Assembly: GCA_038106355.1 (NCBI GenBank)
Contig: JAYODQ010000008.1
Coordinates: forward strand, 3,904-67,903
Origin: Candidatus Poseidoniales archaeon
GTDB lineage: Archaea > Thermoplasmatota > Poseidoniia > Poseidoniales > Poseidoniaceae
Direction of reading: 5' to 3'
DNA length: 64,000 bases
Each line of letters opens with the position of its first letter. The stretch's first letter is position 1. The notes under the pieces were generated by a model that did no database searches, had not been told where the DNA came from, and saw only the letters and a list, made by a program, of their open reading frames with translations. Positions 55,501 to 63,402 of this stretch are shown here, one piece after another. A program made the position numbers and the translations under genes.

Positions 55501-57491
55501 GTGATGGCGACATTTGTACCCCCTGAGTACAACGGCCAATGTGGATTAAGTTGATTGGGGGTGGCCCAAGGATGCTTGACAAATTCTGTGCTTGCAACAC
55601 TGCTTGGAATCAATGAAGCCAAACCTGCGTGAGTCGAATTTGCTCGAACAAGACTTTTTCCTTCCTCTGTCGCATTCCACCAAGCTGAATCGACGACGGC
55701 TCCGCTTGGTTCGACCAGAACAATCGAGTCTTGACTTGTGTGTTTTAGGTAAAACGAACTGGTTCCATTTAGAGCGATGAGTGCAACTCCACCTGCCGGG
55801 ACCAATGCATCGTTTTGAAGTGGGAAATTGAATTCATGAAGTGTAAAACTTCGACCAGACGCTTGCAATTTCCAATCGGTTACGTCAACGTCAGTCGTTC
55901 CAAAATTCTCGAGTTCAATCCATTCACCAAGAGGATAATTTTGTGAGTCACTCCCAACACCATCGGGGAGTATTTCAGAGAATCGGACTGTTGAACTTGA
56001 AGGAGTCGAGCCCGGTGCAGGCTCGCCAGGGGTCTTCCAAGGCGAAGGCACCCAAGGGTCGCCAGCATTGCTATCCCTGTGTAGAGAAACATCCTCGCCA
56101 TAATCCGTTGCATACCATGCCATGTCAACCGGCATCGAGAGAGGGTCTCGCAGAATGATGTGATTGTAATCATCCCAAAGCCTGGTGTTCGACGATAATT
56201 GAACGAGTCTGTATTCGCCTGCATCGATGATGGTGGCCCCTTGACTCAAATTGAACACGAGCGTTCCTGGGTCAAGGAAGGTCACATTACCCATGCCATC
56301 GATGATGCTCCAACCCATGAGGTCTACACTTGCAGAGCCTTGATTGTGCAATTCAATCCATTCGCCGTCTGGAAACACATCGGGTTCACTTGTGGCGTTT
56401 GGCAACACTTCACTGATGACAATATCGTTGTTTGGATTGGCGATAGAGGATAACGAGGGGGCGTTTGTTGCGTTTGGAGTGGGGTATGCTGAGATGGAAG
56501 ACCAAAACGTGGAGGTAGGTGAACCGAACAATGAAAATCCACCCACCGAAGAAGACCATTCGACCAGTTGTGAATTTGAACCATTGGGCCACTTGAGGGT
56601 CATGGCTTCAACACCATTGTTGAGCACCCCATAGGAGCCTGTGCTGTTGACTGCAATCAACCGATGTTCTCCACCTCGAATCATGAATGATGAGGTGTCC
56701 CCTGAAGCGCCAACAAGGTGGTCGATATCAAAATCAATGATGTTCCCAGCCGCATCCACGATGGACCAACCAGTCAAATCCATCGTAGCAGAGCCTGTAT
56801 TGAACACTTCAATCCATTCACCTCCTGGATAAGATGCGTTATCTTCGCTTGGCCAAGGATTTGGCATGACTTCTGAAATCACCAAATCAGATGGTATATA
56901 GGTCGTTGGCCCGCCTGGATTGTTTTGTTGTCCGGGTGTGGGTTGAGAGGTATAAATCCAGTGCGATGTAGGGCTTGCCGAATCTTCTTCGTAACTTTTG
57001 CCGGATGGTGCAGAAGAACCCCAAGAGGCTTCATGCACCTTGGTTGAAGTAGCATCGAGCAGGGAGATGCTGTCAGCGGTATTGGTCAAATAGAAATTCG
57101 AGTCACCATTTCGAGCAATGACCACATATTCTCCAGGACTAATTTCCCAAGTTTGATTGTTAGAACTTGAGTATCCTACAATTGTCGCAGCATCAAAAGC
57201 AAGAACCTTTCCAGCACTGTTTGAAACGCTCCAACCCGTCAAATCAACATCGGTTGAGCCGTCATTGTACAACTCCAACCATTCTCCGTTGGGGTAGATG
57301 TCGTCATCAAAACCATTGGGGTTTGGAATGATCTCGTTGATGCAGACGTCTGAGGTACAAGCCATGGCTCGGCCCGACGAATGTCGAGTTGAAACATCCA
57401 TTGTTTGTGTAACAGGAGTCGAAAAAATCGATGCACATAAGAGAACAATCAGCATGATGCTCATGATTTTTGAACGCATGAAACTTCTCAC
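52584..57491 (-). CDS. Giant membrane-anchored surface protein: signal peptide, 6 lamin-tail domains (LTD), 2 phospholipase-D/HKD domains, TSP3-like Ca-binding repeats, TM anchor, about 100-aa cytoplasmic tail
   Basis: Signal peptide aa 1-45. LTD repeats each start (V/I)xI(S/N/T)E(V/I)xPNP...GEWIE(L/V)xN.G...(V/M)DL.GW (aa about 45-920). HKD motifs HSKIAVRDGTSVWIGSGNW (nt 54189-54245) and HNKGAIIDGEKVLISSINW (nt 53586-53642). DxDxDG repeats aa 1340-1500. TM aa 1517-1537. Confidence 0.85.
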   Translation of the reverse strand: MRSFMRSKIMSIMLIVLLCASIFSTPVTQTMDVSTRHSSGRAMACTSDVCINEIIPNPNGFDDDIYPNGEWLELYNDGSTDVDLTGWSVSNSAGKVLAFDAATIVGYSSSNNQTWEISPGEYVVIARNGDSNFYLTNTADSISLLDATSTKVHEASWGSSAPSGKSYEEDSASPTSHWIYTSQPTPGQQNNPGGPTTYIPSDLVISEVMPNPWPSEDNASYPGGEWIEVFNTGSATMDLTGWSIVDAAGNIIDFDIDHLVGASGDTSSFMIRGGEHRLIAVNSTGSYGVLNNGVEAMTLKWPNGSNSQLVEWSSSVGGFSLFGSPTSTFWSSISAYPTPNATNAPSLSSIANPNNDIVISEVLPNATSEPDVFPDGEWIELHNQGSASVDLMGWSIIDGMGNVTFLDPGTLVFNLSQGATIIDAGEYRLVQLSSNTRLWDDYNHIILRDPLSMPVDMAWYATDYGEDVSLHRDSNAGDPWVPSPWKTPGEPAPGSTPSSSTVRFSEILPDGVGSDSQNYPLGEWIELENFGTTDVDVTDWKLQASGRSFTLHEFNFPLQNDALVPAGGVALIALNGTSSFYLKHTSQDSIVLVEPSGAVVDSAWWNATEEGKSLVRANSTHAGLASLIPSSVASTEFVKHPWATPNQLNPHWPLYSGGTNVAITEIFAYCPDETQTPVEDWIEVMNNDVEAINLSRWQVMDDEGVYTFITSDHIWSNDSTNSTIVEPQQRIVIQLHPWFISGLGDSFQLRTPDHEHIMTIEWDIVTECQSMAQVNGNWTKMPWTTPGEEEPDLSNLAPYQDIKLTRIMPDASTDIDTDMEFIEITNIGGSFASLQGWTLRHISTTSVPFNTSIGTLMIPPMSSVILASDVASISVYEDGTILGMGEVLNRTMYLANSGAAIQLEDPFGNIADTVVYENGPVMSSGWNGVSLVAPLSGMKNLIYVRGDGCEMMVDTDQADDWQHRWQLLGGTSHCSTRVHSGTYSITPLIGPDSGIHDVLAWINQAEQTLHIHIYQFHSDVLAEALINAHERGVEVTVTIDAGDTWWTEYELDQNRGIAVALLQAGIDVRWFGESYNGPYAYLHSKIAVRDGTSVWIGSGNWKQSSLPVTGEAGNREWGMILDNQEFAQLVLEHLLADEEVDRMYLTDVSLSDKPDGWTLDQGIGLIGQTTEPFDVDATAELIVCPDMCIEGLSDLIESSDEEILLSLQYLDLDWSYGWGENPIISSLQQAAERGVTIRLILNGAFLDGDIQTSIDLMNEEWNATLGYDTAAVIMSPDEFITKLHNKGAIIDGEKVLISSINWGDSALIRNREMGIVLSNQDIAQVYRNSWLSDWNRLSEDIDSDLDGIDDKWEEENGLHRTRRTVVGESFIESAADPDGDGLPNLAEYQYRSNPLSSDTDGDCILDGLELQWAQAVTRDTSTPSIDPHVALTSSDANENGIDDGEELGCTLERADIEIEEGTEGNTLDTDGDGVTNDIDVCPESPLGQLVNTRGCTADQENQLSIDAGQGSKDESDLMLYVLVFSLLFVVGAFISYQARKKNNLGTVEYIESEFNEETEIEVGSLTTIQQKQWIQPVLDGSLASEVEEADGPRLSEAQKRQLHGWGEDMIHEYLDQGWTVDQLIEYYQQQTEKNT
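54732..57359 (-). repeat. Six tandem, diverged LTD-encoding repeat units inside the giant gene (protein-level repeat)
   Basis: Units begin near aa 45, 201, 355, 501, 660 and 800, each about 115-160 aa with the conserved GEWIE..N and DL.GW cores. The DNA identity between units looks low. Confidence 0.8.
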
Positions 57492-57525
57492 AATTAATCC
57501 TCACTGTACATCTTCAATTAACTTT

Positions 57526-59025
57526 TCACAAAAATCCAAAGGAATCAAATCGCTGGGCGAAAGTGTAAATCATAATTGGAACCAAGATAATGCCCATGCC
57601 ATGCGACCTCCGAATTCCAATTCGAGGTGGTAACAAGCCAATCAGCGTTCCTATAATGAGGACACCAATACCCACAAAGCCTGTGGTGAGCCAAACAAGG
57701 ACGACCACGAAAATAATGACCCCCATGACCATTTGTTGGAGAGGAATAGCAGCATGCAATCGAAGCATTCCTTTCCCAACGTATCGCATCATTGGCATTG
57801 CTAACAAGCCCGAAGCGAGAGTGAGGGCAAGCAATCGAATGAAATCTGAGGTTGGTTCGAGTGATGACCATGTTTCGATTGGGTACATCATTTTGAGAGC
57901 AAGGGTCGCTCCTGACCTCGACCTACCAATAATGTACAGAAAACCGAGAACCATAACTGTGACTGCGGTGTTCACGGCTGACAAAATGGCAATGACTTCA
58001 AGGTCTTGTTTGGTTTGAGGTCCTTCATAGCCCCCATCAGCTTCTGCTTTTGCGATTTCAAGCAACTCTTCATCGGTCATTTCCGTTAATTTTCGAGTTT
58101 CCCAGTCCATTCCGAATCCTTCTTTTCCTTGGATTTTCGCAGCAACATTTCTTCCACCCATGACAAGAACGGTTGCTTGAGATGCAGTCATACCCGGTAA
58201 CACTCCCATAGATGCACCCGCGACGCCTGACCAAAAGCATGGTACAATGAGTGGTCGAATCGGCGGTAAACTCCAGTCTTCTTTTTGGGGAGGTAAGTGG
58301 GAGGTTGTCGCATAGATGTCGAGGAGATTTGCGATACCAAAAAGTCCGGCAAGACTTGGCAACAAAAGACTCGCATCCGGCATTCCGACGGGTGATTGTG
58401 CAGGAAGGGTAAACACACCCCAGCCATAAAATCCTGCGAGAAGGAAGAATCCGGTTGCTGATAAAAATCCTGCGACTCGTGAATCCTTGCCAAGCCTTTT
58501 CCCACTCAATTTTTGCATCCATCTTGGCCAATCGAGTCGTGTGGTTTCAGTAGCGAGCAAAAGTAGACTGATGCCAAGCAAAAGGAACGGCAGAATATCA
58601 CGAAGTTGGTCGTACCAACCAAGTTCGGGACCAAAGGCAATCCTTGCTACAACGATGAGGGGGAGTGAAAGAAAGAGGCCAAGTTGAGATCCACGGGCAG
58701 ACCATGCGACTCCACGTGCAGCATTTCCAGCAAGTAACATTCGATGACCGGGTAGCAAGGACAGAGCAGTATCTCCATCCGGTGCACCAATGAGTGCCGA
58801 GGGGATATAATTCAGAAAGGTATGAACGGTTCCCGTCGCTACGATAATTCCCGCAACAGCAAACAGCGGAATGCCAATATCGAGCAGTGCTGGGGAGATG
58901 GCAAGAAGGATGAGGGCAACATTGTTGACGTGAAATCCAGGAATTAACCCTGTGAGTGAACCCATCATCACACCGATAAACAGGGCGATGAAAAGCCATC
59001 CAAGGTCAATAAAATAGGCTTCCAT
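57526..59025 (-). CDS. TctA-family (DUF112) tripartite-tricarboxylate-transporter-like large permease, stand-alone
   Basis: About 12 TM with GLIPGFHVNNVALIL and GVLPGMTASQATVL motifs typical of TctA/DUF112. No TctB or TctC in the window. Confidence 0.8.
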   Translation of the reverse strand: MEAYFIDLGWLFIALFIGVMMGSLTGLIPGFHVNNVALILLAISPALLDIGIPLFAVAGIIVATGTVHTFLNYIPSALIGAPDGDTALSLLPGHRMLLAGNAARGVAWSARGSQLGLFLSLPLIVVARIAFGPELGWYDQLRDILPFLLLGISLLLLATETTRLDWPRWMQKLSGKRLGKDSRVAGFLSATGFFLLAGFYGWGVFTLPAQSPVGMPDASLLLPSLAGLFGIANLLDIYATTSHLPPQKEDWSLPPIRPLIVPCFWSGVAGASMGVLPGMTASQATVLVMGGRNVAAKIQGKEGFGMDWETRKLTEMTDEELLEIAKAEADGGYEGPQTKQDLEVIAILSAVNTAVTVMVLGFLYIIGRSRSGATLALKMMYPIETWSSLEPTSDFIRLLALTLASGLLAMPMMRYVGKGMLRLHAAIPLQQMVMGVIIFVVVLVWLTTGFVGIGVLIIGTLIGLLPPRIGIRRSHGMGIILVPIMIYTFAQRFDSFGFL

Positions 59026-59028
59026 GCC

Positions 59029-60921
59029 TCACACCTGCTGTTCATATTCAGTTCGGTCATCGGTACCATCATCATCTGAATCTTCAGAAAAAGGAGATGT
59101 GCCAAACGATTCCTCAATGGTATCGGCAAGTCCATCGCCATCCGAATCAAGCGGGTCTGCATCAATCAGTCGAAAGCCCATGGAAACCTCATCGACTTCA
59201 TACTCCACGAGCCGACCCTCCCATGTCATCGACTGATTTTGATGCAGGCTGTCCATGCCAATGCCATTGCTGATGGCTGAAAGTCGAATTCGGACATCGG
59301 AGCCTTCCCTTGAAAGATACCAAATTCCTTCGTCTTCGATGGCTTTTCCATCCAAATAGACTCGTTGGTTAAGCGTGTAGCCCCATTGAACAGCACCATC
59401 ATCCCAAAGCAAAGTTCGAGGTAATGGCGAAGAGCCCAAAGTATATTCATGAATAACGAATCGTATTCTCATTTCTTGGTCATCCCAAAGGATTGAAATG
59501 TTGGCTACAATGGATTGACCTGCCTCAATCCATGTCGTTCGTGGTCCGGGAAATGTCGCTGCAATTGTCGTCCATCCAGGCATGTAGGATGCCGCATCGA
59601 CAACAAACCCTCGTTCATCATCAACCGATGGTTCGATGGCATACTTGACGAACGCAGAGACGGTGTATCGTTGGTTCTCATCCCCAAGAAGGGCGAGAGG
59701 GTCAGCGGAAAGCAGACCCAATATCGATGGTGCAGATTGAGGAATCACCATGTCTTGTGCATCTCCATTTGTTGCGTCGATGCACCACTGTGAACTGCTT
59801 GTTGACCAAGTGAGGCGCCCTCTGAACGTGATGAGCGTGTTGTGTTGCGTCTCAAGCGTTGAGCGTTCGTTCGAAAGAGGGATGACACATATGCGAGCGT
59901 TGTTTGGGCCAACCAATGACCAAACATCACCGTTGGTATCGAGCAAACCGGACATGTCGACAAGTTGACCAGATTGATAACTCCATGTCGCTTCATCAAC
60001 CCAATCGAGTTGTGCGATGAGAATTTGATGGGAAGGGTCAACAATAATTTCTGAGCCTTGAACGAGAAGGCTCCATCGAATATCCCTTTGCTGATATTGG
60101 AGGGTTCCACGAACTTGAATCTTGGATGATGCCTCAATCCACTCATGAGTTGCGGAACGAACGATGATGTGCATTTGATGGTCTGAGTTTCCATAATTCG
60201 GATGGTCTCCGAGGTATGCAGAGGTAAAGGTAGCATCAGGAGTGATCGTTTCGCCGATGAAACCAGTCAATTCAACCGTCGTGTTTGCGTACAACCATGG
60301 TTCTTTTGCCACATCAGCGATAGCAAGTTTGGTGACCAAAGGCAAGTCTCCTGCTGACCACTCAAAGGCACCAGCACCCAGCGATTGAATCCACATCCTA
60401 CCTTCGTATTCGATGACATCCCCCATGACCGTTACCTTCGTTCCAATCGGTGGCATTTGACCAGGTCGGAACCAGCGTGCTTCAACCACCCCAGTATCGT
60501 CTTCGATAATTGCATCAATTCGGTCATCTCCGCTACCGTATGGGTCTTCGACCCAAGAGATGAGGATGCCTTGCACTTTCACGACCTCATTCTTGTACTC
60601 GACGAGTTCATCGATTTCGACAATGTCAGGCTCACGAATGTAGGCATACCAATTCATTCCTGCTACAAGAAACAGAGACAGAGCAAACATCACCCAAAGT
60701 TGTTGGCCACGAACTTCTGGGTCATCGCTCGTGATTTTATTCATCATGCCCTTGAGTGCGTCTGCCATAGTTTGCCATGAAGAAGACCCATGTAAATTCA
60801 TTTTCATCGAAATTTCTTGATTCGACCATCCCTTTAAAAAACAAAAAGTAGGCCCCCAGCCATGAGTCAGATGGATAGGGTCATCAGAGATGAAATCCAT
60901 CGCGACATCCTCGTTCCCCAA
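59029..60921 (-). CDS. Membrane-anchored extracytoplasmic protein with OB-fold-like repeats and C-terminal TSP3-like Ca-binding repeat
   Basis: One TM (LWVMFALSLFLVAGMNWYAYI). The segments VVKVQGILISW....IDAIIEDDTGVVEARWF....GTKVTVMGDVIEYEGRMWI and TTVELTGFIGE...IQVRGTLQY fit the OB (tRNA_anti-like) pattern. C-terminus DADPLDSDGDGLADT...SEDSDDDGTDD. The start is uncertain (60921 or about 60807). Confidence 0.55.
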   Translation of the reverse strand: MGNEDVAMDFISDDPIHLTHGWGPTFCFLKGWSNQEISMKMNLHGSSSWQTMADALKGMMNKITSDDPEVRGQQLWVMFALSLFLVAGMNWYAYIREPDIVEIDELVEYKNEVVKVQGILISWVEDPYGSGDDRIDAIIEDDTGVVEARWFRPGQMPPIGTKVTVMGDVIEYEGRMWIQSLGAGAFEWSAGDLPLVTKLAIADVAKEPWLYANTTVELTGFIGETITPDATFTSAYLGDHPNYGNSDHQMHIIVRSATHEWIEASSKIQVRGTLQYQQRDIRWSLLVQGSEIIVDPSHQILIAQLDWVDEATWSYQSGQLVDMSGLLDTNGDVWSLVGPNNARICVIPLSNERSTLETQHNTLITFRGRLTWSTSSSQWCIDATNGDAQDMVIPQSAPSILGLLSADPLALLGDENQRYTVSAFVKYAIEPSVDDERGFVVDAASYMPGWTTIAATFPGPRTTWIEAGQSIVANISILWDDQEMRIRFVIHEYTLGSSPLPRTLLWDDGAVQWGYTLNQRVYLDGKAIEDEGIWYLSREGSDVRIRLSAISNGIGMDSLHQNQSMTWEGRLVEYEVDEVSMGFRLIDADPLDSDGDGLADTIEESFGTSPFSEDSDDDGTDDRTEYEQQV

Positions 60922-62163
60922 TCACATGCCGCAATTATTGATACACCAGAATTTCAACGATTGCGCTCAATACAACAATTATCCACATGCGAATACGTCT
61001 TTCCTGCTGCGACCCACAACCGCTTTTCTCATTCGCTCGGTGCATATCATTTAGCTGGAAAATTCATTTTCCACCTTGACGAGGTGAATTCTGGTCTTCT
61101 CTCGGAGAGCGACAAGGAGTTGGTTCAACTTGCAGCGTTGTTGCATGATGTTGGGCATCCTCCATATTCTCATCTTCTAGAAACCCCTGATGTGTTTGCA
61201 ACATTTCATTCACACGAGCATTGGGGAAAACTCATCCTCTCGAGTCACGATACTGATATCGGCCGGGCTCTTTTGCATCATTTAGGATTGGAGAGGCGAA
61301 ATCGATTGTTTTCCATTATGGATGGAGCAGATATCGATGAACAAGGTGTGGCCATCCCAAAATTCCTCAAAGAAATTGTGAGCAGCCAAGTCGATGTCGA
61401 TAGAATGGATTACATGATTCGTGACCAAGCGAACACTGGTGCTCAAATCGGGGGATTTGACAGTGCAAGAGTGATTCGAGCGCTACGAGTGAATTCCAAA
61501 GGACAATTTGTCGTCAAATCGTGGGGGTTGCCAGCCATCGAGGCTTACCTTGTGACTCGATACCATATGTATCATCAAGTGTATTTTCACAAGGTCAACA
61601 TGCTAACTCAGTCGTATCTCGTGACTTTGCTTGCACGAGCAAGGCAGTTGGCAAGCCAAGAGGCATTGACATTGAGTGATGAATTGTACGATATGCTTCT
61701 CAATCCTTCACTCACTGCTGAAAAGTATGCAAGACTCAACGACGCACATGTGAAGGTCGCCCTCCCCTACTGGGCAAATCACCCTGATGCAGTCTTGTCG
61801 GGACTTGCGAACAGACTCATTTCACGAAAGGGATTTCACAAATCCCTTCGAATTGATACGCTTACTGTTGAAATGAAAGACCTTGTGATGCCCAAAATCA
61901 AGGAAACGATTCAAGCCAACGGATTTGACCCCGAGTTCGATGTCATCGCAGCAACGATTCGAAAGCGTGGTTACCTTCCATATTCCCAAGGGATTATGCT
62001 CGAAGATGGAAGGGATGCTTCAGAACATTCTCCACTTATTCGATCGCTCATCCAACCCAAAGAGCGGGTGCTCATCTTCGTCCCCGAGGAATTGAGAAAT
62101 CAACTTGAAAACTCGGTGAGGGAGTGGATTGTACCAAGTCAATCTTCATTGTCACAATTTTGA
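60862..62163 (+). CDS. HD-domain phosphohydrolase, SAMHD1/dNTP-triphosphohydrolase-like (COG1078)
   Basis: FQRLRSIQQL, NRFSHSLGAYHLA, LLHDVGHPPYSH, DVDRMDYMIRD. Confidence 0.85.
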   Translation: MSQMDRVIRDEIHRDILVPQSHAAIIDTPEFQRLRSIQQLSTCEYVFPAATHNRFSHSLGAYHLAGKFIFHLDEVNSGLLSESDKELVQLAALLHDVGHPPYSHLLETPDVFATFHSHEHWGKLILSSHDTDIGRALLHHLGLERRNRLFSIMDGADIDEQGVAIPKFLKEIVSSQVDVDRMDYMIRDQANTGAQIGGFDSARVIRALRVNSKGQFVVKSWGLPAIEAYLVTRYHMYHQVYFHKVNMLTQSYLVTLLARARQLASQEALTLSDELYDMLLNPSLTAEKYARLNDAHVKVALPYWANHPDAVLSGLANRLISRKGFHKSLRIDTLTVEMKDLVMPKIKETIQANGFDPEFDVIAATIRKRGYLPYSQGIMLEDGRDASEHSPLIRSLIQPKERVLIFVPEELRNQLENSVREWIVPSQSSLSQF

Positions 62164-62213
62164 TGTTTGGGTTGGATAAGTTTCATGTTGCGATTGTCAC
62201 CGACCTCAAGCAA

Positions 62214-62287
62214 GGGCCTGTAGCTTAGTTGGTTAGAGCACCCGGCTCATAACCGGGCGGCCAGGGGTTCAAATCCCCTCGGGCCCA
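62214..62287 (+). tRNA. tRNA with CAU anticodon (elongator Met, or Ile2 if C34 is modified)
   Basis: Acceptor GGGCCTG/CGGGCCC, D stem GCTT/GAGC, anticodon stem CCCGG/CCGGG with loop CTCATAA, T arm AGGGG-TTCAAAT-CCCCT, discriminator A. The G1-C72 pair argues against an archaeal initiator. Confidence 0.93.
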
Positions 62288-62312
62288 CAATTCGACGCAA
62301 TAAGAAAACAAA

Positions 62313-62319
62313 TTTTTAA
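62313..62319 (+). promoter_or_regulatory. TATA-like TTTTTAA upstream of the surface-protein gene
   Basis: Lies 61-67 nt upstream of ATG 62380, which is itself preceded by GGTGAGG (SD-like). The assignment is tentative. Confidence 0.25.
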
Positions 62320-62379
62320 CCAATGAATCCCACAATCGTTATGAGGGACATACTTTTCGACAAGGTGTAGGGTGAGGTT

Positions 62380-63315
62380 ATGGCATCTCTAAAGCGACCA
62401 ATCTTTCTCATTGCTTTGTATTTCTGTTCACTCATGATTGTCGCCGTTCCACCAGCTTCTGCTCAACTTTCAGGTGCTGCTGTTTCCATGACCTGTGCTC
62501 CTGGGCAAATCAACGTCGAAGTTAAACCCGGTGCAACTCTGACCGGTTACACAACATGTACTGTTTCAAACCCAACTGCATATGTTGAAAAAGTTGCAAT
62601 TCAAGTGACAAGCGATGGCCTTGCTACCGCTGCTCCCGGTGATATGTATGTGGGTGCTGGTGCTGATGTCGACTTCCAAGTAGTTGTTCGAGCAAACCCA
62701 TACATGCAGATGCAATCAAGGCAACTCACTGTATCTGCCTCAGTCCAAGAATTGAACAACTTGCCACCCCCCAACACCGCAAGTTCTCAAGTGAATGCTC
62801 TGATCAACATCATGCAATTTAGCATCGTTCAGGTTGAGGCCGTCGAGCCATTCGTGCAACTTATGCCAAAGACCGACAAGAACTTTGAATTCAAAGTGTA
62901 CAATTACGGTAACCAAATCGACCGAATGAAGATTGGTGTGACCGATTCAACAAGAGAACAACTCGAGGAAAGTGGATTCACCATCAACCTTCCAATCAAC
63001 GTTGTCCAAATCGAACCAAACACTGCTCCAGAAAAAGCACGTGTTCTCGTTCGAACACCAAAGAACCAAGGTTGGACCGATGCTTACCATGTTCTCGATT
63101 TCTATGCAGAATCAGACTTCGCTTGCAAGAACGGTGGCTGCAACCGTGAATCTCAAATGATCACCATTTACGTTCGCGGTGTGTACCTCCCCGGCTTTGA
63201 AGTCGTTCCTGGCCTTTCCATGATTGCACTCGCAGCAGCAGTTGCTGGTCGTCGATTCATTTCTCAGGATGAGGAAGAAGCTGAGGAATGGAAAGAATCC
63301 GCCCCGGGTCTGTAA
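62380..63315 (+). CDS. Secreted two-domain beta-rich surface protein with PGF-CTERM-like anchor
   Basis: Signal peptide MASLKRPIFLIALYFCSLMIVAVPPASAQ. The C-terminus LPGFEVVPGLSMIALAAAVAGRRF resembles the archaeosortase PGF-CTERM tripartite signal, followed by a 19-aa acidic tail. Strong SD, and T-ending Gly/Ala/Val codons look over-represented on reading. Confidence 0.65.
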   Translation: MASLKRPIFLIALYFCSLMIVAVPPASAQLSGAAVSMTCAPGQINVEVKPGATLTGYTTCTVSNPTAYVEKVAIQVTSDGLATAAPGDMYVGAGADVDFQVVVRANPYMQMQSRQLTVSASVQELNNLPPPNTASSQVNALINIMQFSIVQVEAVEPFVQLMPKTDKNFEFKVYNYGNQIDRMKIGVTDSTREQLEESGFTINLPINVVQIEPNTAPEKARVLVRTPKNQGWTDAYHVLDFYAESDFACKNGGCNRESQMITIYVRGVYLPGFEVVPGLSMIALAAAVAGRRFISQDEEEAEEWKESAPGL

Positions 63316-63402
63316 CCTCACCTAAAATTGCTACGCTGTTGATTCAATCAAGGGTTTGATTCATAACCAACTGCTTGTTTGACTTGACTTAGAGGGATTG
63401 AG

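Noticed and set aside
60862-62163. SAMHD1-like HD hydrolase as a stand-alone dNTP-depleting antiviral defence gene.
   Set aside because: COG1078-type HD proteins are widespread housekeeping genes in archaea, and no other defence-type genes (restriction, Cas, abortive-infection modules) are nearby. It is mentioned only as part of the salvage hypothesis.
49345-62287. Genomic island bounded by tRNA-Asn and tRNA-CAU carrying the giant surface-protein array.
   Set aside because: I found no integrase, recombinase or transposase, and no direct repeat of a tRNA 3' end. The tRNA-Asn 3' end points away from the array.
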